Shown: positions 48,279 to 58,540, counted from the first letter of the stretch. The stretch is 64,000 nt of DNA from an uncultured delta proteobacterium (GCA_963755715.1 CAVWLW010000064.1:114559-178558); one strand, 5' to 3'. Notes: generated from the letters alone by a model not told the origin. Translations and numbers: made by a program.

Positions 48279-49949
48279 TCAATGTCCGCACATGCGCTGA
48301 TACCACCCGCCGGGAGCAAAGACTTTGCTAAACCAATCGCCGCGCAACTGCGGATCGAGCTTGCAATCGACCACCATCGGTCCGCGGCGCTCATCAAGCC
48401 ACGTTCGCAGCGCTTCAAGGTCTCCGACGTCGCGGACGGTGATTCCATCGGCGCCCATCGCCGTGGCGATGGCCGCAAAGTCATTGTCGCGGAAGAAAGC
48501 CCCATGTCCCGGCAAGCCGACGTTCTTGAGCAAATGCACCTCCGCGCCATACGACGCATCGTTGAGAACGACCACGAGCGCCGGAATTTTATAACGCACG
48601 AAAGTTTCGAGCTCGCCGAGGCTCATCATGAGCCCGCCATCCCCCGGGGTGCAAATGGTCAGACGATCGGGGCGGGCGATCGCAGCGCCGAAGGCGGTTC
48701 CCAAACCTAAACCGACCGCCATGAAGTCGTTGGAAAAAACAAAGCCGGCGGCGTCCGGCGCGGAAAGGTAGATGATCGGCCAGCCCATGCAATGCCCGCT
48801 GTCGATGACGACAGTTCTATTTCGCGGCAGCATCCGATCGAGATTGAGCATCAACGTGCGCGGATCGATGGTGCGGCCGTTGCTTTGATCCTGGAAGTTA
48901 TCGAGTCGAAATGATTCGATCTCCCGGCGGATCTCCGGCGTGCGAAAACCGGTAGCGCTAAAGCCGCGCTGAGCCGACTCCTCGGTTAGAGCTTTGGCGG
49001 TCGCCGCTACGTCGCCTACCAAACCAAAATCAGCCGATGTAAGAGCGCCGATGGCCGCGCTGTTTCTGTCGCACTGCAGAATACGCGCGGTGGGACTATA
49101 GAGCTCGCGGTTTCGGGTCGTCCAGTAGTTCAGGCTGGCCCCGAACGCCAAAATCAAATCAGCCTGTAGAAGCAGCCGCTCACCCAGTTCCCAGGCAAAT
49201 CCGCCGGAGCTTCCGACGTAAAAAGGATTTCCAGCGAACAAACCCTTGGCCTGGGCGGTGGTCGCCAACAACGCACCTACCTTTTCGGCCAGTTGTTCTA
49301 GCGCTTCCCTGGCGTTCGACCGAACTGCCCCCCGGCCGGCGATGATCGCCGGCCGCTTAGAGGCGGCGATTAACTCCACGGCGCGCCGAATTTCTTCAGC
49401 CGGAGGTCGGCTAGGCATCGAAGTTTGCACTGTCACCGCGGCTAATCCATCGGCCTCGCACTCCAGCCCTTGTATGTCAGTCGGGATGGAGATCGCGATG
49501 GGCTGCTGCGCGGCGAGAGCTTGATTGAAGGCGCGGCTGAGATCGATCATCAAGGTGTCGGCCGAGCGCACTCGCGCCACGGTAACACCGATCGATTTGA
49601 ATATGGCTGTCTGGTCGACATCCTGATTGTGCCGTAAGATCCTTGCCGCGGTATCGCCCGCAAGGAGTAACATCGGCGTGCTGGCTTTGCGCGCCTCGGT
49701 CAAAGCAGTGAGGGTATTGGTCACCCCTGGCCCCTGGGTAACGCTGCACACGCCGACCCGGCCGGTCACACGCGCGTAGCCGTCAGCCATCGCAACTGCG
49801 CCGCCCTCATGGCGGGCGGCATAATAAGGAATGCCTAACTCGTCCGCCAGATAGGTCATGAAGCGGAGATTGCCATCGCCCATCAGACCGAACGTCGCCT
49901 GCACTTCGAGACGCTTTAGAGTTTCACCGATGGCTTCGTAGACGCGCAT
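48279..49949 (-). CDS. Thiamine pyrophosphate-dependent enzyme (acetolactate synthase/decarboxylase-like)
   Basis: RHEGGA, GPGVTN and GDGG-x-NDASYG TPP motifs. Confidence 0.92.
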   Translation of the reverse strand: MRVYEAIGETLKRLEVQATFGLMGDGNLRFMTYLADELGIPYYAARHEGGAVAMADGYARVTGRVGVCSVTQGPGVTNTLTALTEARKASTPMLLLAGDTAARILRHNQDVDQTAIFKSIGVTVARVRSADTLMIDLSRAFNQALAAQQPIAISIPTDIQGLECEADGLAAVTVQTSMPSRPPAEEIRRAVELIAASKRPAIIAGRGAVRSNAREALEQLAEKVGALLATTAQAKGLFAGNPFYVGSSGGFAWELGERLLLQADLILAFGASLNYWTTRNRELYSPTARILQCDRNSAAIGALTSADFGLVGDVAATAKALTEESAQRGFSATGFRTPEIRREIESFRLDNFQDQSNGRTIDPRTLMLNLDRMLPRNRTVVIDSGHCMGWPIIYLSAPDAAGFVFSNDFMAVGLGLGTAFGAAIARPDRLTICTPGDGGLMMSLGELETFVRYKIPALVVVLNDASYGAEVHLLKNVGLPGHGAFFRDNDFAAIATAMGADGITVRDVGDLEALRTWLDERRGPMVVDCKLDPQLRGDWFSKVFAPGGWYQRMCGH

Positions 49950-49980
49950 TGAGTTCCTCGTAATTCTCCGGATCGTAATT

Positions 49981-50066
49981 CACCACAGAGACGCAGAGTT
50001 CGCAGAGGCCGGAATATTTCTTAAGGAGAAAAATCTTTCCTCAGCGTCCTCAGCGCCTCAGCGGTG
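49981..50066. repeat. CAGAG variant of the family B 9-bp-period palindrome
   Basis: caccacagagacgcagagttcgcagagg ... cctcagcgtcctcagcgcctcagcggtg. Confidence 0.75.
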
Positions 50067-50095
50067 AGTCTTCCGGAATCCTGACGTCCCGTTTT

Positions 50096-51107
50096 TTATC
50101 TCCTCCCCGCCTGCTTGACTGCCGCTTCGGCGTAGGAGAGGTCGATCAGCTCTTTGATCGGCTTTAGTTCCTTGTATTTCAAATAACCCAGACGCAGGTT
50201 GAACTCCTGTTGCGACATCATCTCTTTCTCTTCCAGCTCCAGGTTGGGACTGAAGACCGGCGCGCGGGTTTTGAGCAAGACGGCAGCGGCAACACCGGTG
50301 TGCTTACTGATGATCTCAGTGTGCACGGGCGCCTTCCAGGCGTTTGGCTCACTCAAATCTCGTACCGCGCGTAGATAGCCATTCATGAACGCCTTGGCGG
50401 CGCTATCGTTCTTCTTCGCCCAGTCGCTGTTCCAGAAGGCCACCGTTATCGGCACCGGTTTGGCGCCGGGCTTTCGCTTTGAGCGGGCGTACGCCGATGT
50501 TTTTCTCTTCTGCCTGCGTCGCGAAGGGCTCGGTAATGATCCCGCAAACAATGGCGCCGTTGTCGAGGGCAGGTAACATTTCGGGAAACGGCAGCGTCTT
50601 GACGTCGACGTTGTCGATCCTGAGTCCGCCCGGTTTCAACACTTCGTCGAGTACCCATTCCGTCGCCACGCCTTTGGCGTTGATAGCGCAGGCTTTGCCG
50701 CGCAAGTCGGCGACAGTTTTGAAGCGACCCGCATCGATCTCTGCCTTTCGAACCACCAAGTAATCTTCCGTGTACGCGAAATGCATTGGCGCGACGAACG
50801 CCACGGGAAGTTTCTGTTGCGCCGCATTGAATGCGGCAGCGCCGAGGGCGCCGCCGCCCACTTGCATGTCCCCCGTAGACACCTGGGTGAGGATCGCCGC
50901 ACCGCTGGGCAAGCGAACAAGCTCGGTCGTCAATCCTTGGGCTTTGAAATAACCGCGCTCATGCGCGACGAACAGCGGCGCAAATGACTCCGAGGGGACG
51001 AAGCCAATCTTCACGACCGATTGCCCCAAGACGGTGTCGATGCTCCCAAGAAAAAACAACGCGATGAGGGCAACCAGCGAATTCTGCCATGAGCGCTTAC
51101 CATTCAT
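50096..51107 (-). CDS. NitT/TauT substrate-binding protein of the adjacent ABC operon, extra base near 50472
   Basis: Signal peptide, ERGYFKAQGL and DLRGK motifs; tail lies in the 50096..50551 frame. Confidence 0.88.
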
Positions 51108-51168
51108 AGGTTTTCCTCCATTGAATTAAACAAGCGTGTTAGTTGGGATACACCACACCCGCTCCTTA

Positions 51169-51945
51169 TCACAAAAACATAGCGGCGCTCGACCGCTGGC
51201 GCCAAGGCATCAACCGATTGCCGATGCGCTCCAGGCCATAGCTGAGGAGCCAGCCCAGAGCGCCGATTACCGTGAAGGTCGAAAACATATTCTTCGCCGA
51301 AAGGGTCTGTCCAGCAGTCCAAAGAAAAGCGCCGAGACCCTCCTGCGCTGCGGTGAATTCAACGGCGATCACGAGCACTAGAGTAAGCGCAAGCCCAATG
51401 CGCATGCCGGTAAAGATATCGGGCAACGCCGAAGGCAATAATACGTAGCGAAATAAACGCCAGCCGGTCGCGCCGTAGTTTTTGCCGGCTTCGAGCACGC
51501 TGCGGTCTATCGCTAATACCCCTCCACTGGTGCTTATGGTCATTTGCACGAAGCTCGTCAGAGCAGAGGTGAAGATCAGCGTGCGCTCGTTGACGCCGAG
51601 CACGAGCATGACCAGCGGCAGCAGAGCGATCTTCGGAATCGCGTAGAGCGAGGTGAGAAGCGGCTCAAGCGCCAACCGCAAATTACGCGACATGCCCAAG
51701 CTCAATCCGAGCAGCAGCGCCGGTATCAGCGCAAACGCGAAGCTCAGGCACAGCCGATACAACGTCATCGACAGATGGCGCCACAGCTCGCCTCCCGCCA
51801 AAAGCGCCACGAGATGAGGCGCCAATTGACTCGGCGGCGGCAGGTAGGTGGCGTTAAGAACTCCCAACGCCACCAGCAGCTCCCACAGCAAACCGACCGC
51901 CAAGGGCGAGACAAGACCACGCAAGTTTATGCGTCTTTGCCGCAT
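51169..51945 (-). CDS. NitT/TauT ABC permease
   Basis: LPPPS, IPKIALLP and EAGKNYGA motifs; ATG overlaps the upstream TAA. Confidence 0.9.
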   Translation of the reverse strand: MRQRRINLRGLVSPLAVGLLWELLVALGVLNATYLPPPSQLAPHLVALLAGGELWRHLSMTLYRLCLSFAFALIPALLLGLSLGMSRNLRLALEPLLTSLYAIPKIALLPLVMLVLGVNERTLIFTSALTSFVQMTISTSGGVLAIDRSVLEAGKNYGATGWRLFRYVLLPSALPDIFTGMRIGLALTLVLVIAVEFTAAQEGLGAFLWTAGQTLSAKNMFSTFTVIGALGWLLSYGLERIGNRLMPWRQRSSAAMFL

Positions 51946-52736
51946 TAGCGCTGTTCCTTCACTCGTAAGAGATCCACTTGCCAGGGCATCAGCCGGCGCG
52001 CCAGTGCTTCCAGACCATAGGTGACGAAAATTCCCAACAAGCCGATCAACACCAGCCCGACGTACATTTCTTCGATGCGCAGGATCTGCCACGAGTGCCA
52101 GAGATAACCGCCGAGACCATGTTTTGCCGCGATCATTTCGACCGCCACGATCACGATGAAGCCGACTCCCACCGCCAGTCGGTAACCGATAAAGAGCTGA
52201 GGCAGCGCCGCGGGAAGCATGACCCGCACGAACAGCCGCCAGCCCGTCGCACCGTAGTTGCGGCCGGCTTCAAGCAGCGTTCGTTCGAGACCTTCTATGG
52301 CAGCGGCTGCTTGAACCGTTATAAGGAGGAATGGCGTGATCGCGCCCGTCAGCAGCAGTCCCCATTCGCTCAAGCCGAAATAGAAAATGACCACCGGAAA
52401 GAACGCAATGCTTGGGATTGGAAACAAAAGATTCACCAGCGGGTCAGCGGTGGTGCGCACCGTTCTCCACCAACCCATGGCCAGGCCAAGCGCCGTAGCA
52501 GGGATCAACGCCATGACGAAGGAGAGGACCAGACGTCCGAGCGTCGTGCCCGCGTGAACCCACAATTCGCCGCTGAGAGCGAGCCCCAAGAGGGTGTGCG
52601 CGATACTCGTTGGCGCTGGAAAAAATGCCGCGCGCAGCACGCCGGTGTGCACCAGGGTTTCCCAAGCGGCGAGCATAATCAGCGAAGTCGCCAGAGGAAT
52701 CGTGACTTCGCGAGACAAAACTCGATAAGACATCAT
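51945..52736 (-). CDS. NitT/TauT ABC permease
   Basis: FPAPT, EAGRNYGA and VAVEM motifs. Confidence 0.9.
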   Translation of the reverse strand: MMSYRVLSREVTIPLATSLIMLAAWETLVHTGVLRAAFFPAPTSIAHTLLGLALSGELWVHAGTTLGRLVLSFVMALIPATALGLAMGWWRTVRTTADPLVNLLFPIPSIAFFPVVIFYFGLSEWGLLLTGAITPFLLITVQAAAAIEGLERTLLEAGRNYGATGWRLFVRVMLPAALPQLFIGYRLAVGVGFIVIVAVEMIAAKHGLGGYLWHSWQILRIEEMYVGLVLIGLLGIFVTYGLEALARRLMPWQVDLLRVKEQR

Positions 52737-52748
52737 TACTCTCCGAAC

Positions 52749-52831
52749 TTGGCGTCCTTTGCGCTCTTTGCGCGAGATAAGTCTTATCCGGTTCGGATTT
52801 TATCCCGTCAAGCACGCGAAGTTCGCAAAGG
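52749..52831. repeat. CGCAAAG variant 9-bp-period repeat
   Basis: ttggcgtcctttgcgctctttgcgcgaga ... cacgcgaagttcgcaaagg. Confidence 0.65.
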
Positions 52832-52866
52832 CCCCACCACCGCCCTGTTGCCATTACTTGCGCGAG

Positions 52867-53664
52867 TCATGGTTTTTCCGAAACCATCGCCATGTCTACT
52901 TCGTCTCGCAGCGAGGTCCAGATCTCCAACGACAGCTTCGTGTACGAATTCCAACCGCGCATCTCCATATTGCGCGGGCGCGGGAGTTCCACCGAATACT
53001 CCGCCTTTATTCGCCCCGGCCGTGCCGTCAGCAGCACGATTCGGTCGGCGAGATAGACGGCTTCGTCGATACTGTGGGTCACATAAAGGACGGTCTTGCG
53101 CTCGCTTTCCCAGACACGGAGCAATTCTTCCTGGAGCACGGTCCGCGTCTGCGCATCGAGCGCACCGAACGGCTCATCCATGAGCAGCACCTCTGGCTGC
53201 GCGGCTAAAGCACGTGCGATTCCTACTCTCTGACGCATGCCACCTGAGAGCTGGTGCGGATAAGCGCGTGCGAATGGCTGCAGTCCAACGCGCGCCAGCA
53301 CTTCGCGCGCCCGACTCAGGCCTTCGTGATGGGCCACGCCGCGCATCTGCAAGGGAAAGGCGACATTGTCGAGGACCGTGCGCCAAGGGAATAGCGCATA
53401 CTCTTGAAAGACCAGCGCGGTTTTCGGGCGGCCGTTTTCCCTCTCGGGCGAAGAATGAATCACCACCGAGCCGGCCGTGGGACGGAGTAACTCCGCGACA
53501 ACACGCAGAAGCGAAGACTTGCCGCACCCGCTCGGTCCCAAGAGAGCAACAAACTCGCCGTCGCGCACCGTGAGGTTCACGTTGCCGATGGCGGGGACAG
53601 AAGAGAGATCGCTTTGATACACATGCTGCACATCGCGAATCTCAATCTTGGTTAATTCCGTCAT
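52867..53664 (-). CDS. NitT/TauT ABC ATP-binding protein
   Basis: GPSGCGKS, LSGGMRQR, MDEPFGALD and VTH motifs. Confidence 0.93.
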   Translation of the reverse strand: MTELTKIEIRDVQHVYQSDLSSVPAIGNVNLTVRDGEFVALLGPSGCGKSSLLRVVAELLRPTAGSVVIHSSPERENGRPKTALVFQEYALFPWRTVLDNVAFPLQMRGVAHHEGLSRAREVLARVGLQPFARAYPHQLSGGMRQRVGIARALAAQPEVLLMDEPFGALDAQTRTVLQEELLRVWESERKTVLYVTHSIDEAVYLADRIVLLTARPGRIKAEYSVELPRPRNMEMRGWNSYTKLSLEIWTSLRDEVDMAMVSEKP

Positions 53665-53740
53665 GGATTTGCCAGATCCAGCTCAAGAGCGGCGCGGATT
53701 ATAACATGGCGCATGACTACGACAAGGCTAAACCGCGGCA

Positions 53741-53862
53741 GGCGGTGGTTCATTTTCACCAGAATTTGTCGGGGCGACCCCCTAGGGTCGCCCAAAAAAA
53801 GCACGCGCGGGGGACCTGCACCTACATCGACGCGACGTTGAAATCAAACTGAATCACTACCC
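53741..53862. repeat. REP-like hairpin inside an element with imperfect terminal inverted repeats
   Basis: Perfect 9-bp stem gggcgaccc-cta-gggtcgccc (53772-53792); ends ggcggtggttca and tgaatcactaccc. Confidence 0.6.
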
Positions 53863-53870
53863 ACCGGTAG

Positions 53871-53994
53871 CTCGCCGAAGCGCAGAAGCGCGGCTAACCG
53901 GACGAAGCGGTCGGTGGCGATACAGTCAGCGCGCTGACGTCATCGCCCAGGCCTCCGAGGTTGTCCAGCGGCTAAAAAACTCTTGGCGGAATGA
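53871..53994 (+). pseudogene. Decayed 3' fragment of a TctC/Bug gene
   Basis: Reads LAEAQKRG-stop-PDEAVGG...DVIAQASEVVQRLK..LAE-stop, matching the tail of 37859..38915 (VAEAKKRNWPVEPVGG...DVIAQPPEVIARLKKLLAE). Confidence 0.75.
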
Positions 53995-54051
53995 ACGAAA
54001 GCCAAAACTCGGCTAGAAATTCTTAGACGCCCTGCAGCGCCGATGGATAGC

Positions 54052-55026
54052 TCACACCCACTCGGCAAATCCGGCGCCGACGCCGGTGCCGGCCAGAGAG
54101 CGGTAACAGGTGACGTAATCGATCAAGCGCATTTGCAGCGCGGTTTGTTCCATGGCGCCGGCGAGAACGATCCAGGTCTTGATCTCCGAGGTGCCCGACT
54201 GAAAGATCCGCTCGGGCCAGCGGCAGATCGCCGTTTGGTCCTTTTGAGCCATGGCGGCGAGCAGCGCGCGGTCCATCGCTTCATCGACGACGAAATGCGA
54301 CAAGCCCCCCGAAGCGACGATGGCGACGGTCTTATCGGCATCCCAACTTTCGACCGCTTGCCGTAGCGCTTTGCCGAGCGCGTAACATCGCTGCACGGTG
54401 GGCTGGGTCGGCGGAAAATAGGTATTGAGAAAAATCGGCACCAGTGGAATCGACTGCGTCGCTGCCATAAAGCGGCGCACGATGAAGTTAAAAGCATGGC
54501 CGATGCCGCGATCCGAAGAAACCGAGCGCGAGTGCGCGATATCGAATTGTTGCGCGATCAGCGACTCGATCACTTGGAGTCCCAGCTCGGCATCGCAGGG
54601 ATACCACTCCGGCTCCTGCGGGTGATAGGCCCACATTCCGGCCCGGCGAAAGGGCGGGATTTTTTCCAGCTCCGCGGGCGAGTTTAAATACTTCTCGCCC
54701 CAATAGACATTCACGGCGGGCATATGGTCTTCGGGAAACATTTCGTGATGGTCATCGCCGATGACGATCACGGCGTCCGGAGAAATTCGTTGCAGCGTTT
54801 TCGCCATCCGGTCCATGGCGCCCTGCACCGTGGCGAACCGTTCCTGACATTTTTCAGCAGTTATCTCTGACGCGAGCCGTGAAGAGTTTTGCCGATAGAG
54901 CTCCGGATAATGCGGCAAGCTCGGATCATGCTGATCCTTGGCGCCGTAGCTCGCCACCCACTCGTTCGGCGGCACACACAGCATCGGACTATGCGACGTC
55001 GCCAGTGCTAAAACGATCTTGGCCAT
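54052..55026 (-). CDS. Class III (LigB-type) extradiol ring-cleavage dioxygenase
   Basis: MAKIVLALATSHSP, IGDDH, GHAF, ASGGLSH and GTSE motifs; the longer ORF call is an antisense extension. Confidence 0.88.
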   Translation of the reverse strand: MAKIVLALATSHSPMLCVPPNEWVASYGAKDQHDPSLPHYPELYRQNSSRLASEITAEKCQERFATVQGAMDRMAKTLQRISPDAVIVIGDDHHEMFPEDHMPAVNVYWGEKYLNSPAELEKIPPFRRAGMWAYHPQEPEWYPCDAELGLQVIESLIAQQFDIAHSRSVSSDRGIGHAFNFIVRRFMAATQSIPLVPIFLNTYFPPTQPTVQRCYALGKALRQAVESWDADKTVAIVASGGLSHFVVDEAMDRALLAAMAQKDQTAICRWPERIFQSGTSEIKTWIVLAGAMEQTALQMRLIDYVTCYRSLAGTGVGAGFAEWV

Positions 55027-55131
55027 GTTCGGTGTAAAAATCTCCTCCGCCTGCGCGCGCTTGTCAAGCCAGGGTCGCTCCGCGCAGTCCGCCTTGACTT
55101 CAATTTTCCACCTAACATAGAGTCCGAGGCA

Positions 55132-56112
55132 ATGAAATGGTTCTTTGTTTGTTTGGCCGCGGTTCATGCGCTGGGCTGCCACGCCAGCGCATCGGCACAG
55201 AGCGGGCAGAAATTGGTCGCGGCCTACAGCTCGTTGTCGGCGACGCAGGCCACGCTTTGGCTCGCCAAGGAGGCCGGCGCGTTTCAGCGCCACGGTCTCG
55301 ATGTCGATCTGATCTACATCAGCACCGGCACCAAGATGGTCCAGGCCCTGGTCGGCGGCGATATCAAAATTAGCCAGGTGGGCGGCGCTGCGCCGCTGGC
55401 CGCCAGGCTGCGCGGCGCGGAGATAAAAATCATTGCGGTTGCTTTTAATACTCTCGCGCTGTCGATGATTACCCAGACCGACATTCGCGCCATCACCGAC
55501 TTGAAAGGCAAACGGCTGGGGATCTCGCGCTTCGGCAGCAATACCGACTTTGGCACGCGTTATCTTTTGAAAAAGCACAATATTGCGGATCGCGATGTGA
55601 CTTTTCTCCAGTTCGGCGAGGCGCAGGCGATCTTCGCGGCACTCCAGTCCGGCACGATCCACGGCGGCGTACTATCTTACCCGACCACGGCCCTAGCGAT
55701 CAGAAAGGGATTCAAAGAGCTGGTGGATTTCTCCGACGTCGGCATCGAGTTTCCCAATTCCGAAGTCGTCGTCACCGACCGTTTTCTCCAGAGCCAGCCG
55801 GACATGGCGCGCCGCTTTCTCATGGGCTATGCTGAAGGGCTGCACCGCTACAAGACCGATGGCGCGTTTACCAAGCGCGTGATGGGAAAGTACCTGCGGG
55901 TTCAGGATCAAGCGGTTCTCGATGAAACCTACAATCTGTTCGCGCCCAAGATGCCGCGCATTCCCTATCCGACGCTTAACGGCATTCGCCTGGCGCTGGA
56001 AAGCCTAGCCGATGAGCCGCGCGCCAAAACGGCTAAGCCGGAAGAATTCTACGACGACACGATCTTGCGCAACCTCGAACGGGAGGGCTTTTTTCAACAA
56101 CTGTATCGCTAA
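55132..56112 (+). CDS. ABC substrate-binding protein, NitT/TauT family
   Basis: Signal peptide; LKGKRLGISRFGS and DDTILRNLEREGF motifs. Confidence 0.9.
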   Translation: MKWFFVCLAAVHALGCHASASAQSGQKLVAAYSSLSATQATLWLAKEAGAFQRHGLDVDLIYISTGTKMVQALVGGDIKISQVGGAAPLAARLRGAEIKIIAVAFNTLALSMITQTDIRAITDLKGKRLGISRFGSNTDFGTRYLLKKHNIADRDVTFLQFGEAQAIFAALQSGTIHGGVLSYPTTALAIRKGFKELVDFSDVGIEFPNSEVVVTDRFLQSQPDMARRFLMGYAEGLHRYKTDGAFTKRVMGKYLRVQDQAVLDETYNLFAPKMPRIPYPTLNGIRLALESLADEPRAKTAKPEEFYDDTILRNLEREGFFQQLYR

Positions 56113-56157
56113 ACCGCCTTGGAACCAAAATTAGATGCGGTTGAGAACGGAAATTTG

Positions 56158-56289
56158 CACCACGAAGTTCCCAGCGCGGCCGAGCCGCAACTAACGTGAA
56201 ACAGATTTTTTACCACGAAGGTCACGAAGAGCACGAAGTTTGAAGAGAAAATGTCCGAATCCTTCGTGACCTTCGTGTCCTTCGTGGTG
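56158..56289. repeat. Family B palindrome plus CCAGCGCGGC.GAGCCGCAAC element
   Basis: accacgaaggtcacgaagagcacgaag and cttcgtgaccttcgtgtccttcgtggt arms; caccacgaag-ttcccagcgcggccgagccgcaac upstream. Confidence 0.85.
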
Positions 56290-56339
56290 AGATCGAATCT
56301 TCTTGTGCTACTTTGGATGACGAACGGAGGGAACAATAA

Positions 56340-57602
56340 ATGACCAGAGCGAGCGAACTCAGTTGGGACGACATCGTGAAGGTCGGGCCGGGGTCTCTCG
56401 GCGGCAATTATCTGCGCCAATTCTGGTGGCCGGTGGCTCTCTCCGAGGAAGTCAAAGACATCCCTGTGCCGGTGGATGCCCTCGGCGAAGCGCTGGTGCT
56501 GTTTCGCGATCTCTCCGGCCAGCTAACCTTGCTCGGACGCCACTGCGCTCATCGAAGGGCGTCGTTGGAGTACGGCATCATCGAGGCGCAGGGAATTCGC
56601 TGCGCCTATCATGGCTGGTGTTACGACCAGAAGGGCAACGTGGTCGATCGTCCAGCGGAACCGATCAAGACCGCGCCCAACATTCACCATCCCTGGTATC
56701 CGGTGGAAGAGTTGGGCGGCTTTGTCTTCGCCTACATGGGACCGGAAAAAGCCAATCCGCCGCCGCTGCCGCGCTATGATGTCCTGGTGATGGACGGCTA
56801 TCGCGTGGCCGAACGGGGAGACACGCGGCTCGGCAAGGGCTATAGCTGCAATTGGCTCCAGGGCGCGGAGAACACAACCGATACGACTCACATGACTTAT
56901 CTCCACGGCATCTACAAACAATGTCCTATCTTCAAAGCCGTCGAAGGCGCCTATGGCGTCAAGATCTACATCGTATCGCGCGGCTCGAAGCCGAACACGA
57001 TACAAGTACGCCAGCGCTGCACGGTGCTTCCCGGCATCAACCGCAAGTCGCGCGAACCCTGGGACGAGAAGAATGACGGTGACGGCCTAGAGGTGCCGAT
57101 CCAGCAGGCGATTTGGATTCTGCCCATCGACGATACCCACTGCGAGGAGATGCGCCTCACGGTCTACCCCAAACCGCCCGAGCAGAAAAGTTATCACGGC
57201 GGCTACGTCGAAAAAGCCAGGCAACGGGAGCGCAAACCCTACGACCGCAGATTCTACGGCGAGATCCGCGGCAACATTCCGCTGGAAGACAAGGCCATGG
57301 TGGAAAGCCAGGGACCGATCGTCGATCGAACCCTCGAACATCCCGGCTACGGCGACCGCGCCATCTTGCTGCTGCGCAAGATGCTGCGCGAAGGCATTGC
57401 CGAGGTCGCCAACGGCAAGCGGCCAAAGGGCGTCTTGGAAAAAGAACTCGCAAGCATCGATCTGGAAATCGGCCTGCGGGAATACGACATCGACAAAGTG
57501 CCGGAAGTGATCCGCGACTTGATTGCGGAACTCGATGTAAACCCCGACGCGACATCCGCGCAAAGTTCAAAAGCTCAAGGCCAGACCGGCGCTCGACCTT
57601 AA
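56340..57602 (+). CDS. Rieske non-heme iron oxygenase alpha subunit
   Basis: CAHR...CAYHGW, DTTHMTYLH and EDKAMVESQG motifs; GGAGG RBS. Confidence 0.92.
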   Translation: MTRASELSWDDIVKVGPGSLGGNYLRQFWWPVALSEEVKDIPVPVDALGEALVLFRDLSGQLTLLGRHCAHRRASLEYGIIEAQGIRCAYHGWCYDQKGNVVDRPAEPIKTAPNIHHPWYPVEELGGFVFAYMGPEKANPPPLPRYDVLVMDGYRVAERGDTRLGKGYSCNWLQGAENTTDTTHMTYLHGIYKQCPIFKAVEGAYGVKIYIVSRGSKPNTIQVRQRCTVLPGINRKSREPWDEKNDGDGLEVPIQQAIWILPIDDTHCEEMRLTVYPKPPEQKSYHGGYVEKARQRERKPYDRRFYGEIRGNIPLEDKAMVESQGPIVDRTLEHPGYGDRAILLLRKMLREGIAEVANGKRPKGVLEKELASIDLEIGLREYDIDKVPEVIRDLIAELDVNPDATSAQSSKAQGQTGARP

Positions 57603-57658
57603 AAGCTGGAACCTTGAACCCGGAATACTCAAGCTGAGTGAATGCGAGACCGACGATC

Positions 57659-58527
57659 ATGTCATCACCTGAACAGCTGGGTTTCATCGGCTTAGGCAAC
57701 ATGGGCGGAGCGATCGCACTGCGCTTGCTGCGCGCCGGCTTTCCCTTGACGATTTTCGATCTGGTGCGGGAAAAAATGCTGCCGCTGCTCAGCGAGGGTG
57801 CGATGGAAGCTGCGTCGCCCGCCGAAGTTGCCCAGCGTTCGACCATCGTCATCGCTTCGCTACAAGCCGGACGACGTCGAGGAAGTTGCCCTGGGTAAAC
57901 AGGGCATCGACAAAGCCGCAAAGCCGGCGCCTCTCTTCGTCGATCTGAGCAGCACCGCCCCGGAGCTGGCGGTGACGGTGGCTTCGAGCTTGCGCCGGCG
58001 CGGCATCGAGATGCTCGACTCGCCGGTGAGCGGCGCCGATATCGGCGCGACCAACGGCAACCTGACGCTCTTCGTTGGCGGTAGCTACGAAGCGTTTCAG
58101 CGCAGCCTGCCGGTTCTTGCAAATGATCGGCCGCACGGTGACCTATCTCGGCAAAAACGGCAACGGCCAGTTGGGCAAGATCATCAATGAGATGATGCAG
58201 ATGTTTTCCCAACTGGCGATCTATGAAGGGATGCAGTTGGCCGAGAAGATGGGTTTGGATCTCAAAATGTTCGCCCGCGCCGCCTCGGCCGGCTGCGCTC
58301 AGAGCTGGCGCTTGGACGAACTGGTCAATGCCGTCTTCAATCTCGGCGAAAGACGCTTTCGTTTGAATTTGCGCCCCGAGCGCACCGGGCGGGCCATAGA
58401 ATTGGCCAATACGGCGGGAATCGCCCTTCCCGGCGCCGAAGCAACCCATCGTCTGTTCGCGGAACGCCGTTGGGAAGTGGTCATCGATTTCGACTCAGCG
58501 AAAATCATCGCACCGAGCAAACGCTAG
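57659..58527 (+). CDS. 3-hydroxyisobutyrate dehydrogenase-family NAD(P)-dependent oxidoreductase, two frameshifts (near 57862 and 58116)
   Basis: GFIGLGNMG, DLSS, DSPVSG, FVGG and GQLGKIINE motifs in three successive frames. Confidence 0.85.
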
Positions 58528-58540
58528 TTGGCCATCCACC

